Below are positions 46,986 through 57,361 of a stretch of 64,000 bases of DNA, one piece after another. The notes beneath the pieces were generated by a model that did no database searches, was not told where the DNA came from, and worked only from the letters and a program-made list of their open reading frames with translations. Source of the DNA: an uncultured Candidatus Saccharibacteria bacterium (GTDB lineage: Bacteria > Patescibacteriota > Saccharimonadia > Saccharimonadales > Saccharimonadaceae); the NCBI GenBank assembly GCA_938030095.1, contig CALHGK010000010.1, positions 71,975 through 135,974 on the forward strand, in the 5' to 3' direction. A program made the translations under genes and the position numbers. Each line of letters opens with the position of its first letter. The stretch's first letter is position 1.

Positions 46986-47921
46986 ATGGTACTAAAAATG
47001 ATATATAATACAAACACAACCATGGTAAAAACACGTCACTATAAGCCACATCGCCGTACACCCAAACATCATAGCATTGATGCAATGCCATCACTTATAT
47101 CGCCGAGCCAGTGGTCGACGTCTTCTTCGAACATCAAAAAGCAGCTTGTTACTGTTGATGCAGCGCTGAAGAGTCAAAAGCCACATCTCACCTACCTCGT
47201 CGAGCAAGCAGGTCGTAACTGGAGTGAGAAAAAACGCCGCCAGCGACGCTCGGTTGCCCTGGGAGAGAGTGCTGTGACGCTTGTGCAGCACTATGCGAGC
47301 AAAGAACAGTGGTCGCATGTGGATATGGCGCGGCTGCTTGCAGCGTATCCTGGCTGGGTGGAGGCGACCGAACAAGATGATACGGCGCTGACTCGGCAAG
47401 AAAATAAGCAGCGAATCAAGAAACTCACGCACTTTAACCATGCCCTGCGCGATGTGATAGACAACGCCACACACTCTTGTGAGACATGGAAATCGATACC
47501 GTCTGTGTCGGATATAGTTAACGGCTTAGAAGTAGTGTACCCAGGCAATAAGCATGCTCAAAACAAGCAAGATCGAAAAGATATGCTGTATGCGACAGTA
47601 GCGGGCGTTCGCAATGAAGTGCTTTTTATGCGGGTGCTGGATGAAGCGGGCATTGCCTATGAGCCAGGCACGGCCAACCAGGATATGCGCGGGATAGACA
47701 TAATGGTGAATGGTAAGCTGATTGACCTCAAGTCGTCTGAATACTACGTGCATGAGGCCCAGGAAGATGCTGCTGAGCATGGTGATGACAGACGGATCTT
47801 TTTCTTCCCTGGTGTGGAGAGGTATGAATATCGCAATAAACTAATGCTGCCGAAGGAAAAAATTATCCGAGTTATGCCACGGGTGGTAGCCCGCATGTAT
47901 AGCCATGGCATTCTAGATTAA
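46986..47921 (+). CDS. hypothetical protein
   Basis: 311 aa ORF; basic N-terminus (KTRHYKPHRRTPKHH); no motif recognised. Confidence 0.4.
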   Translation: MVLKMIYNTNTTMVKTRHYKPHRRTPKHHSIDAMPSLISPSQWSTSSSNIKKQLVTVDAALKSQKPHLTYLVEQAGRNWSEKKRRQRRSVALGESAVTLVQHYASKEQWSHVDMARLLAAYPGWVEATEQDDTALTRQENKQRIKKLTHFNHALRDVIDNATHSCETWKSIPSVSDIVNGLEVVYPGNKHAQNKQDRKDMLYATVAGVRNEVLFMRVLDEAGIAYEPGTANQDMRGIDIMVNGKLIDLKSSEYYVHEAQEDAAEHGDDRRIFFFPGVERYEYRNKLMLPKEKIIRVMPRVVARMYSHGILD

Positions 47922-47980
47922 GCCAACACAACAGTGGTAGATCTCACAACAGACACGCGACCATAATAGAGGTAAAGGAG

Positions 47981-48298
47981 GTGCATTGCCATATGCCACA
48001 CGAAATACCACGGCAGCCGTCAAATGAGGAGCATGAGAGACACTCAGTGCTCAGGGAGGCGATTTCTCAATCGATTTTTGACGGAGAGCCATGGCTATAT
48101 AGTGGTCCTGAGGGCGAGCCGTGGCTACTCTTTATCCGGTGGATGTCGCTGCAGCGCACAGAGGATGGCTGGGTAGCAACTGGTCTGACCGCAGATGGCT
48201 ATGTAAGAGTGGGTAGCGGCGATAATGCAGACGATGTGACGTTCGAAGTAGAAACCAAGCAATCTGACGGAGAGACAGACACCCCGCAGAGCAGTTAG
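47981..48298 (+). CDS. hypothetical small acidic protein with internal GEPWL duplication
   Basis: 105 aa; DGEPWLYSGPEGEPWLLF tandem motif; Asp/Glu-rich C-terminus. Confidence 0.35.
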   Translation: MHCHMPHEIPRQPSNEEHERHSVLREAISQSIFDGEPWLYSGPEGEPWLLFIRWMSLQRTEDGWVATGLTADGYVRVGSGDNADDVTFEVETKQSDGETDTPQSS

Positions 48299-48315
48299 CC
48301 GCGGGGTAATAAAGA

Positions 48316-49740
48316 CTAGCTTGCTGATGCATGCTTACTGTGGCGCGAAACTGGCTTTTTCTTGCGCTTGGCTTTGTCTTTGGCTTTGGGCAGAGGTTTG
48401 CTGGCGTCTTTTGTGCGCTTGCTCTTGCCTTTCGCTGGCTTTTTCTTCGATGCTTGCTGCTCGTGGATAGCGTTTCGTACCTCTGTTATTTCGTCCCAGG
48501 GGTGGGTTCCGTCGGCGCGTTCGATGGTTTTTTCGTGGCCTTTGCCGAGGAAGACGACGGTGTCGCGGGCGGTGTGGGCACGGCGAATAGCAAAGCGGAT
48601 GGCCTCAGCGCGGTCGTGGATGAGAAAGAGATCAGTGTCTTGGGTTTTGCCAGCAGCTTCTGCGCCCTTGGCGATTTGGGCGAGGATGTGTTGCCCATCA
48701 ACGTCACGATCGTCTTCTTCAGTGATAATAAGCTCGTCAGCAATTCGCCCTGCGATCTTGCCTTGGATGGCTCGCTTGGACTCATCGCGCCGGCCAGCCG
48801 AGCCAAACAGGACGATCAGCTTGCCCTTGGTGCTGGCTCGCACACTGCCCAGTAGCCGCTCGAAGGCGTCGGGCGTGTGGGCAAAATCAACAATAGCGGA
48901 GAATGGCTGCCCAGCATCCACCACTGTCATACGGCCCTCCACCCCGGTGAGTGCAGCCAGGCCCTGCTCGATCTGCACCCGGCTCAGGCCTACCTCGTGC
49001 CCTACTGCTACCGCGGCCAGGCTGTTGGCGATGTTGAACTCACCCGGCATATTGATGGTGATGTGATGCATCTCCCCCATTAGCCACACATCGTAGCGGC
49101 TGCCTGAGGCGGTTTGGGTGATGTTAGTCGCCCGGATGTTACCGTCAGCGATGCCGTAGCATAGGCTACGGGGCACGGCTTGCTCGAAGACTGCTGCTGA
49201 TGGGTCATCCGCATTGATAATGCCAACCCGCCGCGCCAGCTTGAAGAGGCGCATTTTGGCAGCGCGGTAGCGCTCAAATGTCTTGTGATAATCTAAATGC
49301 TCGTGCGTAACGTTGGTCATGACGGCGATGTCTATTGGAATACCAAAGATGCGATGCTGCGCCAACGCATGGCTCGTCACCTCTAGTACCACCCACTGCA
49401 CATGACGCCGTCGAAACTCCGCCAAACGCTGCTGCAACAGCGGTGCAGACACAGTGGTCATGTGCTCGGTTTGCGATGTGATGTCGTCGTTCACTCCATA
49501 TGCCACCGTCGTCATCAGACCGACATTGTAGCCTGCTTCGACCAGCATGCGGTGAATCATAAAGCACGTCGTGGTCTTGCCATTTGTCCCCGTTACGCCA
49601 ATGACGTGCATGCCCTGAGCTGGGAAACCTTGGTTGGCCGCTGCTACAGTGGCTTCAAGCAGCCGATAACCTGGCTCCAGCGCCGCCAGCACGCGGGGTG
49701 GGAGAGTATTCTTGAGTGTTTGTTTTAGAGAAAATGCCAT
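48316..49740 (-). CDS. murE: UDP-N-acetylmuramoyl-tripeptide synthetase (Mur ligase, MurE-like) with Lys-rich C-terminal tail
   Basis: ORF to 49806; preferred start MAFSLKQTL at 49740; Mur-ligase P-loop VIGVTGTNGKTTT, middle and C-terminal domains; last ~45 aa KKKPAKGKSKRTKDASKPLPKAKDKAKRKKKPV. Confidence 0.75.
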   Translation of the reverse strand: MAFSLKQTLKNTLPPRVLAALEPGYRLLEATVAAANQGFPAQGMHVIGVTGTNGKTTTCFMIHRMLVEAGYNVGLMTTVAYGVNDDITSQTEHMTTVSAPLLQQRLAEFRRRHVQWVVLEVTSHALAQHRIFGIPIDIAVMTNVTHEHLDYHKTFERYRAAKMRLFKLARRVGIINADDPSAAVFEQAVPRSLCYGIADGNIRATNITQTASGSRYDVWLMGEMHHITINMPGEFNIANSLAAVAVGHEVGLSRVQIEQGLAALTGVEGRMTVVDAGQPFSAIVDFAHTPDAFERLLGSVRASTKGKLIVLFGSAGRRDESKRAIQGKIAGRIADELIITEEDDRDVDGQHILAQIAKGAEAAGKTQDTDLFLIHDRAEAIRFAIRRAHTARDTVVFLGKGHEKTIERADGTHPWDEITEVRNAIHEQQASKKKPAKGKSKRTKDASKPLPKAKDKAKRKKKPVSRHSKHASAS

Positions 49741-50053
49741 GGCACATATTATACCACTTTTGGTAATATTTAAAACCATGAGAGATATGATTTTTGGGTA
49801 GAGCACACGTGCGAGAAAAAAGTGAAGAATTTCTCTTAATTTCAGCCGTATTGTTTCGTCATTTTAGCTGATAAAGTGGCGAAATTTGTCGTTATGTTAA
49901 TTAATATTCTCGTAGAATGTTGACCTGAGTATCGCATGGGACGGAAAAGGAGAAGTTGAGAGTAAGCCTACTATTTAAGGCTCAAACTCATGCAATTTGA
50001 TTTTTTATTATCACACTACTCTCTCATCTTCCCTGCTCTGCTATAATAACCCT

Positions 50054-51154
50054 ATGAAGATTCTTGGGATTGAGAGCAGCTGCGATGAGACGGCGGCTGC
50101 GGTGGTGGCCGATGGGCGGCGCTTGCTGAGTAGCGTAGTGCACTCGCAGATAGATATTCATGCCCAATATGGTGGCGTAGTGCCAGAGGTAGCAGCGCGG
50201 AGCCATATTGAGATGATTACCCCGGTGATTGATCGCGCCTTGGCCGAGGCAGCGTGCAGCTGGGATGAGATTGATGGCATTGCCGTGACGTATGCGCCTG
50301 GGCTGGTGGGGTCGCTGCTGGTTGGGACGCTGGCAGCGCGGACGCTGGCACTTGTGCACAAGAAGCCGCTCTACGCGATTCATCATGTGGAGGCGCATGT
50401 CTATGCCAACTTCGTGGTGGAGGATGGCCGGCCAAAGCCCGAGCCTGCTCTCTCGCTCCCTGCTGCGCAGCCGAGCTTCCCTATGCTGGCACTCATCGTC
50501 TCTGGTGGGCATAGTCAGTTGGTGCTGTTTCGGGCGCATGGCGATTATACCTTGCTTGGCCAGACGCAGGATGATGCTGTGGGCGAAGCCTTCGACAAGG
50601 TAGCGAAGATCATTGGCCTACCCTACCCTGGTGGCCCAGCTATTGCTGCTGCCGCCACGCAGGGCGACCCGCAGCGCTATGCTCTGCCCAAGGCGCGGAT
50701 GCAGGGCCAGTACGATTTCTCCTTCTCGGGCCTCAAGACGGCCGTGCTGCGCCGAATGCAAGCCGAGGTGGGCAAAGATACCTCTTTTCCTTCGCACGAG
50801 CTCCCAGCGCTTGTCACGCCGCAGCAGCGCCATGATATGGCGGCGAGCTTCCAGCGTGTGGCGGTGGAGACGTTGGTCGATAAGACGGTGCTGGCCTACG
50901 AGCACTATGCGCCGCGCTCCGTCGTGATTGCTGGCGGTGTGGCGGCCAACCAAGAACTTCGCCGTCAGCTGCGCACCGCCCTGCCCTGCTCCATTAACTA
51001 CGCACCCATGGCCTTTTGTACAGACAATGCAGTGATGATCGCCACCCTCGGCTATTACTATGCCCAGGCTGGCCACACAGTCGACCCATATCTGCTCGAA
51101 GTCCAGCCGAGCTTGTCGATGCGCGAGGCGGTGTGGAGTGGCCACGAAACTTAG
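50054..51154 (+). CDS. tsaD: tRNA N6-adenosine threonylcarbamoyltransferase
   Basis: ORF from 49997; ATG 50054 immediately after TATAAT (50041-50046); MKILGIESSCDETAAAVV...HxH metal site (HHVEAHV). Confidence 0.9.
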   Translation: MKILGIESSCDETAAAVVADGRRLLSSVVHSQIDIHAQYGGVVPEVAARSHIEMITPVIDRALAEAACSWDEIDGIAVTYAPGLVGSLLVGTLAARTLALVHKKPLYAIHHVEAHVYANFVVEDGRPKPEPALSLPAAQPSFPMLALIVSGGHSQLVLFRAHGDYTLLGQTQDDAVGEAFDKVAKIIGLPYPGGPAIAAAATQGDPQRYALPKARMQGQYDFSFSGLKTAVLRRMQAEVGKDTSFPSHELPALVTPQQRHDMAASFQRVAVETLVDKTVLAYEHYAPRSVVIAGGVAANQELRRQLRTALPCSINYAPMAFCTDNAVMIATLGYYYAQAGHTVDPYLLEVQPSLSMREAVWSGHET

Positions 51155-51268
51155 TGGATATATTTTGATGATATTGAAACGCTAATACTAGCGTGTAGCT
51201 GCTTGTAGCAGATTACCGTCTGCGCGTTGGCATAGATTAGTTGTCGCTGTTTGGAAATAAGTCAATCT

Positions 51269-52525
51269 CTACCGGCCGATCACACCGCGCACCGCACGCA
51301 CACAGCAAATCACCTGATGTATGAATGGCCGAGCGATATATTCATAGCAGCCAGCGCGTTCCTCTAGCTGGCCGCCAAAGCCTTTCTTGAAGTGATACAC
51401 CCCCTCTTGCTCGGGGAAGCCGTTGAAGTTCCCGCTTGTGCCATAGAAGTTGTAGCGCTGAGCGCCAAGGTTGATGGCACGGCGCATTGCTGCGTATTGC
51501 AGGGCGTATGAGCCAGAGAACTTGGCATGCTTATCATCCGACCCGCTGAGGAAATATACCACCTCGTTATCGTTTGTGTGCATGAATATGGCGGCGGCCA
51601 GCGGCAGGACATCGCCGCTAGCTGCCTGGCGGAGCGTTTTATAATCTGCCAGGCGCTTTGATACCGCAGCGAGCTGGTTATCAAGCTCCTTCACCTGCCC
51701 TTGCTTGTCTGGTTCAGTCGCCAGCATATCGCGCTCGGCTTGCAGTGTATCCTGCTGAGCGCTGAGGCGGGCTTGGTAGCCAGCAAGGTCGAGCTCGGCA
51801 ATGAGAAACCACGCCTGCGTGCGGTGAAAGGCGCGGAACAATTGTTGATAAAACGCTTCATTGCGTCCTGAGAAGCCACGCCGCGTGCCAGTATCAATCA
51901 ATAACTTCGCAAACGGGGCGAGATCGTCCACTGTAGTAATCTCGCGTACCGCCACACCATACTTGGTGGCTGCCTTGATGCAGCTGCGTGTCTTAGCATC
52001 GAAGCTCTTGAGCAGTGCTGCGTCGTCGTGATAGGGCGAGAGATCTTTGGCAAAGAACCAGCGCACATAGCGTGCGTTGTGGTCGGTCTGCTGCGGAGGG
52101 ATAGCGCGAAAGCCTGCCTTTTCTAATTGTTGCAGCGCCTTGGCTGTGCCTGTTACTTCGAGAAGCTGAGTAGGGTCACTTCCCTGCCGTAGGATGAGTG
52201 GCGGCTGCAGGCGGAGCAAAATACCTTTGTGTGCTTTGACATATTTCTTAAGTTCTGTCAATAATGTACTGAGCACTGCTGGGTTGTGATAGTCCACGAG
52301 CGGTCCTTGCAAACATTCAAACTCGCTATAGCCCAAGGTGCGCCACTCGTACAATACGGCGGAAGCTACCACGCGCTCGCCCTCAGCAAACAGCCCCAGA
52401 TAATGTGGCTGCCAGCCTAGCTGTGCCACTCGCTTGGCATTGGCGGCCGACTGAACGAAGCTCCCTAGTGGGTGCTGGGCAACAAATTGTTCGAGAGTGG
52501 ATGGATCGATTGGCTTTAGTTGCAT
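51269..52525 (-). CDS. FemAB-family peptidoglycan interpeptide-bridge aminoacyltransferase, with internal coiled-coil insert
   Basis: ORF to 52594; preferred start MQLKPIDP at 52525; FemABX fold pattern, coiled-coil region LSAQQDTLQAERDMLATEPDKQGQVKELDNQLAAVSKRLADYK, C-terminal YHFKKGFGG. Confidence 0.65.
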   Translation of the reverse strand: MQLKPIDPSTLEQFVAQHPLGSFVQSAANAKRVAQLGWQPHYLGLFAEGERVVASAVLYEWRTLGYSEFECLQGPLVDYHNPAVLSTLLTELKKYVKAHKGILLRLQPPLILRQGSDPTQLLEVTGTAKALQQLEKAGFRAIPPQQTDHNARYVRWFFAKDLSPYHDDAALLKSFDAKTRSCIKAATKYGVAVREITTVDDLAPFAKLLIDTGTRRGFSGRNEAFYQQLFRAFHRTQAWFLIAELDLAGYQARLSAQQDTLQAERDMLATEPDKQGQVKELDNQLAAVSKRLADYKTLRQAASGDVLPLAAAIFMHTNDNEVVYFLSGSDDKHAKFSGSYALQYAAMRRAINLGAQRYNFYGTSGNFNGFPEQEGVYHFKKGFGGQLEERAGCYEYIARPFIHQVICCVRAVRGVIGR

Positions 52526-52722
52526 AATAATAGCGCTAGTATAGCATTTTTGAGTGGTGAGAGGAAGAGAGCGATGGTAATGAGCGACACACAATTGGTT
52601 ATAACGAAGGAGTCTAGAGAGATAGTACCTTGCATCAGACTCATCATTTCGTCGTGGTGTTCATGAATGTTTTTGTAATAATCATCAGTGAAAATCCGCC
52701 GCAAAGTTGCTATACTAATGTT

Positions 52723-53676
52723 ATGAAACATTTTTTACAGACTGAGGCATGGGAGGCCTTTCAACAAGCGCAGCAGCGCCACACGGTGCGGCGGGCAGAC
52801 AAAGGGTGGCAGTATTATGGCATTATCGAGCATGGTCGGCTCAACCATCGGTTGTATGTGCCCTATGGGCCCGAAGCAGATAATGATGCCGCTCAGGAAG
52901 CAGCGCTCAAGGATATCATTGCCACTGGGCGGCAATATGGTGCAGACTTTGTGCGGGTCGACCCCCGGACGACGCGGCTTGAACAGTTGCAGAATCTCGG
53001 CTTTCGCAAAGCGAAGAGCCTCCAGCCAGATCGAACGATTATCAATGATGTGACGATGGATCACGATGCCATCCTGGCTAATGCCAAACAAGCAGTGCGT
53101 TACACCTGGCGCAAGAATCAGAAGGCAGGGGTGCGCTTCCATACCAGTTATGAGCCAGCAGATATCGAGATTTTTCTTGATATGATCCACGATGTCGCTA
53201 AGCGCACCGGCATGCAGCCGCATAGCGATGCGTACTTTCGCCAAATGGCAGAGGTGCTCTTCCCGCGCAAGGCAGCTGGCCTGATGTATGCCACGCTGGA
53301 GGACAAGCCGGTTGCAAGCCTCATCTTCTTTAGTGATGGTACGACGATGGCCTATGCTCACGCGGCGTCCTATACCGCTCAGCGCAACCTCAGCCCAGCC
53401 ACGGCGCTGGTGGTGTCTGCCCTCTTCTATGCGCACGATACGGGGCATAAATTCTTCGACTTTTATGGCATTGCGCCAGACGATGTGCCGAAGGACCACT
53501 CTTGGGCGGGCTTTACGCACTTCAAGAAGTCGTTTGGTGGTACGCCAGTGGACTACATCGGCACCTGGGAAAAACCTCTCCATCCACTACGCTACCGGTT
53601 GTATCACCTCTATCAAGCACTGTATCAGCAGGTGCGTAGCCTGCGCCAGGCATCGTATCGTCGCTCGCATAAATAG
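52723..53676 (+). CDS. FemAB-family peptidoglycan interpeptide-bridge aminoacyltransferase (FemX-like, no coiled-coil)
   Basis: ORF from 52630; preferred ATG 52723 (MKHFLQTEAWEAFQ); C-terminal FTHFKKSFGG matches FemABX motif. Confidence 0.65.
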   Translation: MKHFLQTEAWEAFQQAQQRHTVRRADKGWQYYGIIEHGRLNHRLYVPYGPEADNDAAQEAALKDIIATGRQYGADFVRVDPRTTRLEQLQNLGFRKAKSLQPDRTIINDVTMDHDAILANAKQAVRYTWRKNQKAGVRFHTSYEPADIEIFLDMIHDVAKRTGMQPHSDAYFRQMAEVLFPRKAAGLMYATLEDKPVASLIFFSDGTTMAYAHAASYTAQRNLSPATALVVSALFYAHDTGHKFFDFYGIAPDDVPKDHSWAGFTHFKKSFGGTPVDYIGTWEKPLHPLRYRLYHLYQALYQQVRSLRQASYRRSHK

Positions 53677-53696
53677 CAGCGTGGTATTGCTCAGAG

Positions 53697-53723
53697 AAAG
53701 ACGCTCGACGGGGCGTCTTTTTA
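53697..53723 (+). terminator. rho-independent terminator after femAB-family gene
   Basis: aagacgc-tcgacggg-gcgtctt followed by ttttt. Confidence 0.7.
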
Positions 53724-53828
53724 TACCGCCCTCCCCTGCTCCACATGTGTGATTATTAACGAAAGATGATGGCACGAGGGCTATGTCCCGGTGCAAGACT
53801 ACCAGGTTTGGCGTAATTGAGTGCATTA

Positions 53829-54370
53829 TTCACGTGAAATGAGGATGAATGTGTCAGATATATGGCTGAGACTCCCCTATCGCATCTCAATTTTGACTAT
53901 GAATATAAGTTCGCGTATCTCTGACTTGCAGATATTTCACCTTACTTTTTGTTATTAATGAGCTGAACTGACGAAGATAGTATAATGACAAACGTGTCAC
54001 GATATGTGGGACGAAAACCGCCTCTTTCTCTTTGCTTACTTCCCTTTCCTGTACTCTGTGTAGATAGGATCATGAGACGTTAAGGCTATAGCATAAGCTT
54101 GGCACGCAGCACCTTCCACGTGAAAACCGCAAAAATACCGAATCATCATAACAAACTACTCAGCAATAGCAGCTAATTTGTAAAATAAGACGCCTCTATT
54201 ACCATCATAATTCGCAATACTTTACCCTACTACCAACCACTGTCACCCCTGCCATTGACTCGCCAAACGTGCTATACTAAGTAGCTGAAGCTGCACCAAA
54301 AAATCGACCAGGCAGATGCTCTGCACACATTTTCACGTGAAGCATCACACGCGTCGTTTTCGTGTGAAAA
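53829..54370. promoter_or_regulatory. four copies of a TTCACGTGAA-type palindrome in the 724-bp leader upstream of valS
   Basis: ttcacgtgaa 53829-53838 and 54332-54341 (perfect 10-bp palindromes); ttccacgtgaaaa 54114-54126; degenerate ttttcgtgtgaaaa 54357-54370. Confidence 0.5.
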
Positions 54371-54400
54371 GTATCAATAATCTGTAAGGAAGTCACCGCC

Positions 54401-56950
54401 ATGAAACTTGCCAAGACCTACAACCCTAACGAATACGAGCCAAATATCTACGCTATGTGGGAGAGTGCTGGCGTGTTTCGGCCAAAAGGGGAGGGCACAC
54501 CCTATAGCATTGTGATGCCGCCGCCCAATGCCAATGGCAACCTGCACGTTGGGCATGCGCTGGGCTCGGCCTTGCAAGATATCTTGGTGCGCTACCACCG
54601 GATGAAGGGCGACGATGCGGTGTTTATCCCTGGGGCAGACCATGCTGGCTTTGAGACGTGGGTGGTGTATGAGCGCGAGCTCGAGAAGCAGGGCAAGACA
54701 CGCTTCGACTACTCGCGCGACGAGCTCTACGCACAGGTGTGGGACTTTGTCGATAAAAAGCGGGGCGATATGGAGCTTCAGTTGCGCGCTCTTGGCGTTG
54801 GGGCCGACTGGGAAGATATGGTCTTTACGCTTGACCCCAAGGTGGTGGAGACGGTCTATGGCACCTTCAATAAGCTGTGGCAGGATGGGCTGATCTACCG
54901 GGGTGAGCGAATCGTCAACTACTGTACCAAGCACCAGACCAGCTTTGCCGACATCGAGGTGGTGCACAAGATGGAGAAGTCTAAGCTGTGGCGCATTGCC
55001 TATCCGCTACTTGATCATATTGGTGAAATTATCGTTGCTACGACGCGGCCCGAGACGCTACTGGGTGATACCGCCATCGCTGTCAACCCGGCAGATGAAC
55101 GCTACAAGAAATTGATCGGCACCAAGGCGTTGCTGCCGCTGGTGGGGCGCGAGATCCCGATTATTGCTGATGAATATGTTGATGCATCGTATGGCACCGG
55201 TGCGGTGAAGATCACACCGGCTCACGACCCAAATGACTTCGAGATGGGGCAGCGGCATGGGCTGCCGGTGGAGCAGGTAATTGGCTTTGATGGGCGAATG
55301 ACCAATGTACCCGCACCATTTGACGGCCTCACCACAGCGGAAGCACGCCAGCGGGTGCTAGAGGCGCTGGAGCGCGAAGAGCTGCGCCGTGGCGAGGAGG
55401 AGCTGGAGCACTCGGTGGGGCATTGCTACAAGTGCGATACCGTCATTGAGCCGATGGTTAAGGAGCAGTGGTTTATCTCAATGCGGCCCTTGGCGGATGC
55501 AGCGATTGCTGCCATCGAGCGTGGCGATGTGACCTTCACCCCCGCCAACAAAGGCGAAGTCGTCATCAAATACCTGCGCGAGATCAAAGACTGGAATGTC
55601 AGCCGGCAGATCCCGTGGGGGATACCCATCCCAGCCTTCCAGAGCACGACCGACCCAAGTGACTGGATCTTCAACACAAATGTCAACGAAAAAGAAATAG
55701 TTGTAAATGGCACAACATATCGTCGGGAAGAAGATACGCTTGATACTTGGTTTAGCAGTGGGCAGTGGCCATTCATCACCACCGACTATTTGCAGGATGG
55801 GCCGCTAGCGAAATTCTACCCCAACGCGGTGATGGAGACAGCGGGGGATATCCTCTTCTTCTGGGTGGCGCGGATGATGATGCTTGGCCTGTACTGCACG
55901 GGGCAGGTGCCGTTCCGTCATGTCTACCTGCATGGGCTGGTGCTGGATGAGCACGGGCAGAAGATGAGTAAAAGTAAGGGCAATGTGATCAACCCAATGG
56001 AGGCGATCAGCCAGTATGGCTCAGACGCACTGCGCATGGGGATTATCGCTAGCCGCTCAGCCGCTCAGCCGCAAGCCTTTAATACTGGCAAGGTGGTGGC
56101 AGCGCGCAATTTCTGCAATAAATTATGGAACATCGCTCGCTTCATTGAGGCGCAAGTGGGGGATACGCAGCCCGTGCACGTACCGACGCCGCAATCGATG
56201 GCTGATCATTGGATCATCCGCCAGCTAAGCCGGGCAGGCGAGACGATGGAGCAGCAGCTAGCACAGTATCGTTTTGCTGAGGCGGCAGAGACGCTCTATC
56301 ATACGGTGTGGGATGATGTGGCCGATTGGTATATCGAGGCCGCCAAGGTGGAGCAGCACGCTGATATGCTGGTGTGGGTGCTCGATACGTGCCTGCGCTT
56401 GGCCCACCCATTTGCGCCATTTGTGACGGAGACGATTTGGCAAAGCCTGAGCTGGCACAATGACCTCCTAGCGGCAGCACGATATCCGCAGGCTGAGGAA
56501 TATAACGAGCTGCAAGCGGCTGAGTTTGGCCGGCTCAAGCGGCTTGTGACCGAAGCACGCTATGTGACGAGTGAGTTGCCAGGTAATGAGCGCTACACAC
56601 TGCTCTATATGGATGATGCATTGGTGGCGGATAATGCCGAGCTGGTGCGGCGCTTGGCTGGTCTGGCGGCAGTGGAACACACTGATGTAGCGCGGGGGCT
56701 GCGCCTGGCTGCCAGTGGCCGGGATGCTTGGCTTGATGTGAGTGACGAGACGCTCTACGAGCACCAGACGAACCTCGAGAAGCGTTTGGTTGCAGCGCGT
56801 AATGATGCCGCTAAGCTAGAAGCACGCCTGGCAAATGAGCGCTACACCAGCCAAGCACCCGCCCACCTGGTGGAAGAATCGCGCCAGCAGCTGGCAAGCA
56901 AGCAAGCGCTGATCGAGCGGCTGGTGAACGAGCTGCAGGTGATCGAATAG
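54401..56950 (+). CDS. valS: valine--tRNA ligase
   Basis: 849 aa; HIGH motif PPPNANGNLHVGHA, KMSKS motif KMSKSKGNV, C-terminal coiled-coil. Confidence 0.9.
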   Translation: MKLAKTYNPNEYEPNIYAMWESAGVFRPKGEGTPYSIVMPPPNANGNLHVGHALGSALQDILVRYHRMKGDDAVFIPGADHAGFETWVVYERELEKQGKTRFDYSRDELYAQVWDFVDKKRGDMELQLRALGVGADWEDMVFTLDPKVVETVYGTFNKLWQDGLIYRGERIVNYCTKHQTSFADIEVVHKMEKSKLWRIAYPLLDHIGEIIVATTRPETLLGDTAIAVNPADERYKKLIGTKALLPLVGREIPIIADEYVDASYGTGAVKITPAHDPNDFEMGQRHGLPVEQVIGFDGRMTNVPAPFDGLTTAEARQRVLEALEREELRRGEEELEHSVGHCYKCDTVIEPMVKEQWFISMRPLADAAIAAIERGDVTFTPANKGEVVIKYLREIKDWNVSRQIPWGIPIPAFQSTTDPSDWIFNTNVNEKEIVVNGTTYRREEDTLDTWFSSGQWPFITTDYLQDGPLAKFYPNAVMETAGDILFFWVARMMMLGLYCTGQVPFRHVYLHGLVLDEHGQKMSKSKGNVINPMEAISQYGSDALRMGIIASRSAAQPQAFNTGKVVAARNFCNKLWNIARFIEAQVGDTQPVHVPTPQSMADHWIIRQLSRAGETMEQQLAQYRFAEAAETLYHTVWDDVADWYIEAAKVEQHADMLVWVLDTCLRLAHPFAPFVTETIWQSLSWHNDLLAAARYPQAEEYNELQAAEFGRLKRLVTEARYVTSELPGNERYTLLYMDDALVADNAELVRRLAGLAAVEHTDVARGLRLAASGRDAWLDVSDETLYEHQTNLEKRLVAARNDAAKLEARLANERYTSQAPAHLVEESRQQLASKQALIERLVNELQVIE

Positions 56951-56985
56951 CAGCGCTGCAACATAGACCGTTATACAAAGCAGAG

Positions 56986-57020
56986 AAGGCTACCGTCGAT
57001 GTACGATGGTAGCCTTTTTG
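56986..57020 (+). terminator. rho-independent terminator after valS
   Basis: aaggctacc-gtcgatgtacgat-ggtagcctt followed by ttttt. Confidence 0.65.
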
Positions 57021-57361
57021 ACGAGTAGAGATAATGAAGAATACTAGCCTAATCGCTTGCGCTTTAAATGACAAGTAGAGTACTTGGCAATGAAGGGGAG
57101 GCGCAAGCACAGACAAAGGGACTACTGTAATAACAAGCTATAATGGCCTAAAGCTGAAAAATCTCACTATCACACGTCTATTCGTACCGCTCTTTCTTGT
57201 CGAGATCTTGTGGTGAGTGACAGCTACTAGAGTGTTTGTCGCATGGATTTATATAACATAAATATGCTGTGATAAACGGCTTCACAGCTTATCAAGCGAG
57301 AAAATAGGGAAGAGGGCTCATGCAAAAAGAGAGAATATCTCGACATTGACACAAAACATAC

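Noticed and set aside
48331-49066. Two overlapping plus-strand ORFs of 174 and 234 aa
   Set aside because: They are antisense to murE, whose minus-strand frame carries Mur-ligase motifs.
52735-53583. 282-aa minus-strand ORF
   Set aside because: It is antisense to the second FemAB-family gene.
53677-54400. T-box riboswitch upstream of valS
   Set aside because: I looked for the conserved T-box sequence (AATTAGGGTGGNACCGCG-like) and a specifier/antiterminator arrangement and found none. The leader instead carries the TTCACGTGAA palindromes reported above.
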